DNA of 52,373 nucleotides, counting the filler, from Sphacelaria rigidula (taxonomy: Eukaryota), in the NCBI GenBank assembly GCA_964200075.2. It is 3 parts of 3 records of this genome, joined end to end, with 100 filler letters (N's around TTAATTAATTAA, not from the genome) between each part and the next. Parts side by side here need not be neighbours in the genome. Positions count along the whole stretch, not along the records: positions 34,996 to 52,373 come from CAXNAA020001095.1; 2 more parts are not named here. One strand, 5' to 3'. Positions 42,675-52,373 of the stretch are shown one piece after another. The translations under genes and the position numbers were made by a program. The first letter of the stretch is position 1. Each line of letters opens with the position of its first letter. The notes beneath the pieces were generated by a model. It was not told the DNA's origin. It did no database searches and worked only from the letters and a program-made list of their open reading frames with translations.

Positions 42675-45600
42675 GAAACAAAAACGCGAGGCTAAGAACG
42701 AGCGCCGATCCCGATAGGAAAAATAAAAAAGGCAGGCTCCTACCGCATCCCTTCGTAAAAGAAGAGCGTGCAAAAAGAAGTAAACGACAAAAAAAAGTCG
42801 TATAAGCAGGTTAGGATTCAGCTATTTGAAGGGCACACTATTTGGGCAATAACTCTCTGCCACGAGCTCTTCATAGGCGAGACACGAAGGACTCGTGAGG
42901 CAATTCGTTGAAAAAACGCAAACAAGGAAACAAAACAAAGCAAAACAAAGCGAAAGAAGTCAAGAAAGAAGGAGATATAGAAGTCGAGTCAAGAAACAAA
43001 TGAAGAAGGAAGTAGAAAAAAGAAGAAAAATAAAGCGGAAGATGGGCAAGTGACCACGAAAAAGGAACTCAGGAGCAACGGAGATTATGTACAAGATCAT
43101 AGTTGAAAGCGAAGGACGGAAGGCAAAAACTACCATGACGAGACAGTGTACATCGGTTTTCGTGCCACCTCTATCAATAACACTATGTGTACAAAAATGC
43201 TTGAAGTATTGTCGTGGCATGAAGCGTTATTCGTTCAAGGAAAAAATGAACGGATTGAGAGCAAGCGGTGGCGGGGATATAGTCAACAGCTAGTGGGACA
43301 TTTCGAGGTGGGCGCAGAGGCCACCATCACATCTATACAAACCCCATCCTCTTGCTGAGGCGAGAACTTGAACCCACGACGTTCCACAGGGAAATAAAAC
43401 GCCTGTGTGACGTACTCTCACACGGGTCGCAGCACATGTAAAGACAGTTCCCTCGAAAAGTTACACGGAAATGTGGACGCCAAACGCCAGCCTTGCGCTT
43501 GGTCGAAGCACGCATACACGGTAAAATATAATGCATGCTGATGGCTGCGGCGCACCACGGTTGGGCGCCACTGTTGGGCCGAAAAGACGGCGAGGGTCGC
43601 TCGGACAGACATCAATACGTTTTGTTACGTTGACTTTTAAGTACGATCTGTATAATGGAATATGTTCAGCAGCAAGCGCGTCACGTGCACATCGAATTGT
43701 TTGCTAGACCGCACAACATAAAGCATCACGTGTACTGCACTATTGAGCACCAATCAAGCTACTGGAGGCTCACCGGCAAGATATGTGAGATACCGTCTGT
43801 GGATACGTGTTGGGCGTCGGCGTGACGCGGTGTACCTCATATTTCGTATGAGCTAAAGTGCAACGTATATGCGTGATGTTAGCGACGCATGCGCTTGGTA
43901 GAGGGGGCGAGAGCGATGGATGCGCGTGAAAACAATGCTGTGGTAGGTGAGGTTGTGCGATCAGAAACGGGTTATGAGGAATCTTGCCGTATTTTTGTGC
44001 GTCGGCATACTACGCTTCTGTACCAACTCTGCACCCCACCGGAAGCGCAGGGTGTGAAATCAGCGAAAATACTGCATGTGCAAAGTACCTGAAGAAGACC
44101 ATCTTGAAAATATATGTACCCATATCCTACCCATACCCTATCCTAAATGTTTTTTCTCAATTTCGTCGATTCCCGGACCCTTGGTTCGACGCCACGTGGA
44201 CGGGCTTCGGGGCAGATGTATACGGTGAAAAATAACGCTGACATAGGAAAGGCCGCTGTCGCTCGCGTGTCGCGGATCGCGATGCTTCACGGATGAGCCA
44301 CAATCGGCAGCACATCGTCTGACATCGTAGAACAGAAGCAGTGGCGGTGATCACGCCGGCAGTGCGTGTAGTTGCATGTATGAACACTCCAGTACGCACA
44401 GCAAAATATTGCATCGGGAAATCATGCACCCACCGCCGTCAGATATTGCGAAACGTCGCACCTCCCGGTACCTGGACAGAACTTTGTTGAAGTACAGCGG
44501 CAAAGACAACAAAGCACTACACACCGGGCATGAGACAGCTTACGTGGACATGTACAGGCTGGTTCAGGGTGAATGCCCAAAATGTATTCCCCACTAGACA
44601 CAGAATGCAAAACTGGCCCGATAGAAACATATTTGGCATTGTAATGACCCAATGGCTTCAACGTTCATGACTTACACCACTCCTCCAATCCATCATGCCC
44701 ATCACCCACCCACCCAAGCCTATGACAAGCACCTTCCGACCCCTGGCAGTATTTCTAGCGAACATGTAGCAAGAAGTATGGGCGGTCCAAAATTGAGCTC
44801 TTGGTGTTTCTCACTCGCGAGCCGCTGTTGCTGCGGGATGTTCAACATTCGACTGCCCATGCTTTCTGCGTGCGCATTGTCTCTCCACCACAAACAAGTC
44901 TTCTGACCCCCAAAATATGTCCGTTTAGCGTTCAACTACAAGCTGGGCGAGCTGTGAACTACACACTACTTCGGCACAAGGTAACGTTTTGAGTTCCCTA
45001 AGTCAGCTCGATGTACGTGTACCGCTGTGAACTGCACACCAACCTGATGATGCACGCTCTACCGCTGGTCCATTGCCACAGATGTGACGATTACGTTATC
45101 GTACTGCATCAAGTAGCGGGTGGGTCTCATATCGTGGCGTGAAACATGAATGCGGCGAGATTACGCTGGACAATTCCACCGCACCGGGCGTATGACAGCT
45201 TTTACAGACTCTGTTAACACTTTTTGGTAATGCTGCGAGATGGCATCAAGCTCATCAGCAGCCCTATCATGGGTGACGACCTCCGAGCCGATTAGAACAC
45301 ACAACGGGTGGGCACATTTACTGTTTGACATCGCAGCGCACCCGCCCCATAAACAAGAATGTCAACAACATGTGCTGCAAAAAAGTATATGTCGCGATTT
45401 GGACGCGACACCTCCATAACTGGAATCTCTTGCATCAGTGAGACCACCTAGGCACGTGTGTGTCACACGAAATATGGGATGCCTCGCCAAATTTTGGGAG
45501 TTTTGAGCCGAACGTTTCACAAGGACTTCCTGCACGCTCGTAAAACATTATTTACGGAAACACCCAGGGTCTGTTTTCATGGAGTAGTGACATTATATTC

Positions 45601-47963
45601 TCTGTTTCGAAAGTTGTAAATCGCTCCTTCTCTTTGTTGTGTTCTGCTTGGATGCTCCCGCTAGTTTCCGCGCTTTAATGATACAAAACGTTCATCACAT
45701 ATTCAGCTCTTCACTCTCAAAGTATAGCAGGGCAACACTGTTCAACCCCTAACAGGGACTCTCGGCTGACCCAGTTCGCAGGGATTCGTATGGTGGAAAG
45801 GGTGCACTTATACGTGCATTTGACACGATCATCAATATGACGCTGTCTGAGGAGAGCAAACCTAGCATGCTTGTACTCGCGGAACCATCATCGAACAAAG
45901 TCTTTGAAAATAATCCCTAGGCCGCCAAAGGGTTGTCGCATTTGGCCTAAAACTAGGCGGGCTACAAAGGTACACAGTCGGCATCAGATTGGGGGTTGTA
46001 TACTCATGACTATCACCCCAACTACTATGGCGCTCACAAATCTGCATCTGCACGAGATGCAGAGTGATCGGAGGGATTTTCGATTCATGAACCCAAACCT
46101 AGCCTATATTGAGGGGGCGTAAATTGGGAAGCATATTTTCTCGGCCAAGTTCTACGTCCAGTCTATGTGCAGGTTGGCGGAACCCCTTGCTCCCAAAACT
46201 CCCTACACGATAGGAGTGCGTGCGGTGACGCACAGGAATATGACAGAAAGCGTTTCATCCCAAGCAGGGAACAGTATCATGAAAGAGTAGATCGTACATG
46301 CGCTTCCAGGAGCTTCGTTGCGCAGGTGCTTTATGACTATCCTGATAAGTCTTTCGATATATGAGGCAAGTCGCACCGTGCCATGCATTCAAGATGTAGA
46401 TATAGGGTACAGTATAGCACAGACTGTGCTTGTACGGTGGCGTACGGTATCGCACTCGTAGCGCACTCGCGCTGCACTTACAGTGCAGTACTGTTTCACA
46501 GCACGGCACTGCGGTGCGCTGTATTGCATTGTGCTGCACTGTACTATAGTGCGGTACGATACTCAGAGGATTATCCACTGTGTTTTGGCTTTGCTTCTAG
46601 GCGATATCCCATCCTTTCAGAAATAATTCTAGAGTATGTACAACAAGATTTGGTCTCTTGTCCAAACAAGGCATACCTTCACGTCTTGGCCCCCGAAGGG
46701 TAATTTTTGGTGTAGAATCATGGGATTGGTGCAACACGCCACAAACACTGTTTTTGCTTGAAATTCTTCTTGCATACTATTTGGGCACATGTGCTGCGCC
46801 TGTACCTTGAACGAAAACAAGAAACAGACTCATTCTCGCCCAACATGGTCCTACTCGAAAGAGAAATTATTCACAAATCCGCCCCGTACCATGTTTTCGA
46901 CGGGAGTTGCAGGGGTATACCGGATCTAGGTGTGGTTCAAAATTTGTCCTCATATCTCATTCGTGAGTTTAATCCTCCTTGCTTCAGCACCAACGCAGAA
47001 TTTAAAGAGCCACTCACATATGGGAGCGGTATTTCGCACAGATCGGGACAACAAAAGCGCAGTTATGTTAACCGCCGGACAAGCTTCCCAACCTCCACTG
47101 GACTCAAACGCCTTTGCACCATCACCCACAACTCATGTCCCAGAACGCGGCGTGGCGATGCCCGGATAATCTCGCTGTCGTGGAACTGGATATGAACTCT
47201 GTGGTGATGAAGTGTACAGTGTGGCAACAGTTTCAATGAAAATTGACAAAAAAACAGCAAGGTGTTCCTTTGTATACTAGGATTAGAGAGAACAAGCAAC
47301 AGGCCCTGGAAACGGTAGAACGAAAACCAAACACCGCACAAATGCTTTCATGCACCCGCCAATATGAGATACTTCGAGTATGGTCTTTGTACAAGACTTT
47401 TACAGCTGGCATAGCAACATCGCCCATGTCATGCAGCGCCCTGTGGCATTTATGGCGTGGGCCACACTTGCGTACAACTGGAGATTTGTCCGGCCTTCTA
47501 CATACGAATCCCGATATTGGTTCACTTGGACATGATGAAAATATGTTTGCCCCAACCTTGAGAACAGTCATTCTTCTACGAAGTAGCTGTCGTGTAAGAC
47601 GACCAGAAATCACGAGCGACACGTCGCTATACCTATGTGGATTATTCTTGTGGATGTGCGACATTATGGATGTCGCAGATAACAAACACCGTTGGTGCCC
47701 ACGAACGTACCGGGAATAGACATGTATAGCGCATATGGACTCCATATGCACTACATCCCACTCGTTGGCAACGCATTTTTTCCGCAGCCGATCTCCTTGA
47801 GATTGCAGATCCACTCTATGCATTATGTTGAGAGGACTGTACAGCGACCCAGTTGTTCATTTTCCTGTGGTTTCAACATCAAATGAAAACCTAAGGAACT
47901 TCGTGCTCTAGTTGTCGGGACTGGGTTCAGGTGGCGGATGAGCCGGTACCAAGGTCAACAGTG

Positions 47964-50900
47964 TGTTCAGTACTATCTAACGCCAACAGATAGCTAGTGG
48001 TGCGGCCTTCCCAAGACGATGAGTTGTCGGCGTACCTTGAACGTGTATGAGGGTCTCCCTTCATCTCTTATGAATTACCCTGTCAGACCTTTATTGTTAG
48101 TCACTACATTTGGTCTACAATGGTTGTCTCAATACTACTGCTGGGCACTCTGGATGGACCTTGTCCTAGTTGGGTCGGGTAACAGGTGAGATGGTGATTC
48201 AGGTGGGGTTTGCGATAGCATACCCTTGATTTTCAATCGTGTAATTCTGCATTCATAAGAGCCCCCGCGTGCTTGGCAAACGTTTTCAGGTCCAGGGGCT
48301 TGGTGAAAATGTCCGCATACTGTTCCTGTATCTCAACACACATGACGCAGACCTTCCTCTGCTCAACAGTGTCGCAAGTAATGTCTTTGACGGCGATACG
48401 CCTCGTTCGGCGGCTGGTATGCTTCTTGTTGGCCAATTTGATAGCTCCTTCGTCTTCCCTGATCGTGATGGGTTGCTCTTGTACGCTGGCATTATGAACT
48501 CCTGCATCTGGTGTCGCTACACGACATCGGATAGAGCAAAAAAATCAGCTTTCGTCGAGCCTGCAGCGACCTTCCCTTGCATCCTCGGGAACCAGCTAGT
48601 AGCTTCTGCCCCCAGAAGCGCTGCTCCTCCCATCACTGATTCCCTGCTGTCCCGGCACATGGCATAGCATCCCGTACGCACTCATATCGGTGCTGCTGCA
48701 CTCGCACCCACGTAGGTGATGCCGAGGTTCTGAAATATTTGCAGGTATCGCAGTATCTTTACCACGGCTTTCCGGTTTTTCTTGCTGGGGTTCTCGTAGA
48801 ACGTTTCGACCGTGCGGGCAGCGTCTGAGATGACCGGCCTCGTCATAATCGCAGCTCACATAGTAGCCCCTCCTCTTCTTTTTGAGTCCTTGGCCCTTCT
48901 TTCTTCAAAGCGGCGGCCAGCTGAATGTCGCTGGTACCATGGCTGTCTTGTGCATGCCTCGTATGTCAAGGATTTGCAAGTACAGATGTTGGCCATATTC
49001 CAGTATTGATGTGGCACCCCATTCATACGATGCCTCCCCCAGGTCCTCGGCCTTGTATCGGGAACCTAGTTCTTCCACGAGAGACTATCATCACCGACGA
49101 CAATCTCCACGATCTCCCCCACGTTTAGCTCTCGGAAGACGCGTTTGGCGATTATTCGATGCTCATTTCCCTCAGGTCGTCGGTGAGCTTCAAATTCCAA
49201 CTGCGGCCGGACTGTACTGAGCAGTAGATCGCTGTGTTAACCTTCCGACCGCGTCGGGAACTCTCGGAACTCTTCTGGCAGCTCAGTGTCAACTCCCGTG
49301 TCGATGTTGGCCATGAGGTTCGCTACTTCGAAGTCGAGGTGCCATGCAGACGCTCGCTGTCGTCGCTGCAAGTGATGACAACTCTGTGTAGTGCAGTCCT
49401 GCGATCTGTCTGCATCCCTGGGTGACAAACCGGCACTTGTGTTTCACTACCTCGCCGTGTTCCCCCGTCTCCCTAATGTAGAGTCGCTTGGTCCCGAGCA
49501 TCACTTTCCCTTTCGGTCGCTGTACCTGGGCCCGCACATCCTTGTCGATTAGCCCGTCCACTTCCGTCCTTTCTGCTGTTTCTCAGGGTGACCATTCCGG
49601 CGATGCCATGGCTTCCTTGCGACGTCTTGGTTCGGGAGAGAGATGGTCCCCTCGCCCACCTGGCCTCGCGAGTGCCACCTGCATCGCGGCGATGTTCCAT
49701 TCGGCCGGGGTTGACGTTGCATGGAACTCGAGCTCGCCGTCGCTGGCTACGGCGACACTTTGCGCGGCCTTGCCGCTTTCATCGCCGCCTTCTCGACCGC
49801 TCCTGGTGCATTTACAGAGAACGGTGGGTTGGTTCCGGTCCAGTGGTCCGCGGTCCTTCGAAGTGCGCCTCGATTCCATCGCTCCTCTTCTGGCGGGGAC
49901 TCGAGGTCATTGCTCTCCGGTGATTTCTTGTGTTGTAATGACGACTCGAGGTCTTCCTTCTTTACTGGCGATCGGCTACTCTGCCAGCATGTTCCCTCAA
50001 ATATATCAGAATGTTCGTCGATGCCTTCTAGCCGTCCCACTGCACAATTACTCACGCTTTACGATCACCCGTGACCTCCGTTTCTCCTGTAGGGGCTGAC
50101 TGTGGTTCCATCGCTCCTCTTCTGGCGGGGACTCGAGGTCATTGCTCTCCGGTGATTTCTTGCTTTGTGATGAAGACTCGAGGTCTTCCTTCTCTGCTGG
50201 CGGTTCGCTACTCTCCCAGCATGTCTCCTCAAATATCTCAGAATGTTCGTCGCTAGCCTCTAGCCGTCCCACTCCACAACCACTCACGCTTTACAATCAC
50301 CTGTGACCTCCGTTTCTCCTGTAGAGGCTGACTGTGATGCCTGTTCCCCGCTCGGTCGTTGCGTCGTGCTCTCCCGGTGCCATGAAACGTCTTGTCGGTC
50401 AACAAGTTGTTGGGTACGAATGCTGAGGGCGTTGAAGGTGCCGCTAGGGTGGTCGGGAGAGATGCCCAACAAATACACTGTTCACCCCGCGGCTTCAGCT
50501 TATTGTTCCTAGCAGTTTTCCGCATGCGACCGACCGTTGCGAACGGGTGCAGTTGCTCAAGCGGAGGAGGTTTGCCACCACATCTCAAACGGTGTTACAC
50601 CGTCTGTGTTTGATGCCGTTATGCACATATCTGTTGCGGTGGTGGCATAGTTTCATGCCTCCAAGAACCTCTCGACGTGCGGGTCTACGTCCTGCTGCTT
50701 GAAGCCCTTGAGTAGGGCGTTTGACTTCTCTCGCAGCACCCAGGGTGCCCTCTCGACGACGCCGTTATACTGCGGAATATCAGGCGGCGTAAATTGGGTG
50801 ATACCGAGCTCTTCTAGCTTGCGTTGGAAGGTGTCTTCGATCCCACCACCGTTGTCTGTGGGAACGGCCCTTATCGTCAGTCCAGCGGGGGTAGTGTAAT

Positions 50901-51969
50901 CATGCAATAGAGTTTTGCACCTCAGCAGTCGTGTAATCCTTGCTCTCCAAGAACTTGGTCACCTTGAGCCTTCTGTGAATGGAAATCATGGCGTATTTGC
51001 TGCCCCCAAGCTTGTGACGGGCATTGGCCATACCAGGTAGACGTACAGCAGCGTCGCGCGTCTTAACGGTACTACGTGACAGCCGATTTTCCTTGCGTCG
51101 CACTCCAGACAGTGCTGCACTCCTCAGACAGCTTAATATCAGCCACTTTGGCCGTCGTCTTGATGATATGGGCTCTATGGTGAGCCATCATACGGAAACC
51201 TCCACGATATCACGCCGGGTGGGTGCTGATGCAAGCATCGCGCGCTGCGCTGTCACAATTTTACGTCTGGCCTTCATCTCGTCAAGTCCAGGTGACTCGT
51301 TGAAGTCGGAGAAAAAGCATGCGTCCTGCTCGGCGACGCCCATGAGGAAGCGCCACGGCCACTTTGAAAATAGCTGATCGGCCATGAAGGCCAGCCGACG
51401 TTCGGAGATGAGGTTGCGTCCCAACCCGTGTACGGGATGACCTATCCCCAGTGGAATGCTGGGCGGTCCCTCCGGACTTCTCTCCCGCTTCCGCCCTCAG
51501 CGCGGCGATTTCGGTAACAAAGCGGCACTTGTCCCTGAGGCCCCTTGCATGGTACCGATGCAACAGCATCTTCCATGCCGCTCTGGGTGAGTCGGTGCTT
51601 TGTACGATGCTTTCAGTTGGGCCTCTTCAGGTGGCGATGAGGGCCAACCACGCCCGTGATGCAGCCGTAAGCCGCGCTGGGTCGGGCCGGCCTCGTCAAT
51701 GAAATTTTCCGGTCCAAACTTGATCTCATCCACTTCAACCTCGGAAGCAAAGCCGAATACCCTCGCCTACGCGGCATCAACGCGTTATAACATGTTCGGT
51801 ACTATCTGACGCCAGCAGATGGCGAGTGGTACGGCCTTTCCAAGACGATGTGTTACTGGCGGACCTCAAGAGTGTGTGACGGTTTCTCTTAATTCAATCT
51901 ACTTCTAACGTCCCCTGAGATACCAGGCGGAAAAGCGATTCAGGTGGGGTTCGCGGTCTTGCACTAACA
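47964..51969 (-). mobile_element. Highly decayed Ty1/Copia element with two diverged LTRs
   Basis: RNase H QYADIFTKPL (48233-48436), RT GEVVKHKCRFVTQG (~49430-49560), integrase TDNGG...PQYNGVVERA (50653-50907), protease-adjacent GRNLISERRL. Direct repeats at 47964-~48220 and 51793-~51969 both begin TGTTC.GTACTATCT.ACGCCA.CAGAT. Confidence 0.85.
49874..50337 (+). repeat. 232-bp tandem duplication in the Copia integrase-RT linker
   Basis: TTCCATCGCTCCTCTTCTGGCGGGGACTCGAGG at 49874 and 50106. Confidence 0.9.
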
Positions 51970-52373
51970 CCGTATCCATTGAACTTTGTCCTGAAACCTT
52001 CTTCCTAAACCTTATCTATGAATCTTTGTTCTGAGGCCGGATGTTATGGCACACAGATGTTTGGGCCATGGATTGTTCACTTTTGAGACATTTGAGCCAC
52101 TTTTTGACTCCCAAACAAGGAAAATCGCCGACACACGTCTTGGACACTTTGCATCACCCTACAGAGAGGAGCCTAGTCTGCTTCTCAGATTCGCTTCGCT
52201 CCAAGGTTTCGAGAGCGGCCGCTGAACAGCAATCCATGTGCAATAAAATCTAAGGCGATCTCCACAGATTATTGGGCAAACTGGCGGTGGTCGGCAAGCA
52301 CAGAGTTTTGCAGACGAATTTTTGTTCAGCGGCCAATCTCGAAACCTTGGAGCCAAGCGAATCTGAAAAGCAG

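Noticed and set aside
43000-47900. Many short ORFs of 60-196 aa
   Set aside because: No recognisable motifs and no consistent strand or exon pattern; probably intergenic DNA or very old repeats.

Overview
The window is three unrelated contigs (1-17408, 17509-34895, 34996-52373) joined by artificial 100-bp N44-TTAATTAATTAA-N44 linkers, so adjacency across the linkers has no biological meaning. The gene content points to a brown alga (Phaeophyceae). Contig 1 is a compact, apparently intron-free block of phaeovirus-like (NCLDV) genes: a RING-variant protein, a PAS hybrid histidine kinase, an FNIP-repeat protein, a mannuronan C5-epimerase with a mucin-like stalk, a 755-aa tyrosine recombinase with a divergent partner gene, and a thioredoxin-domain fusion. 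It also holds five tandem-repeat arrays. The arrays near its two ends are homologous and inverted relative to each other, and two unrelated small genes sit inside shared 5' and 3' flanking modules, like cassettes. No NCLDV core gene (capsid, DNA polymerase, packaging ATPase) was recognised. Contig 2 is host DNA with decayed Copia-type LTR elements carrying nested DNA-transposon insertions, including three copies of a ~211-bp MITE with telomeric (CCCTAA)n repeats, plus exons of secreted or cell-surface proteins. Contig 3 holds a DIRS/Ngaro-type recombinase relic, a gene with five divergent Myb/SANT-like repeats, a 1.4-kb foldback element and a decayed Copia element. All assignments come from motif recognition by eye; no database search was run.
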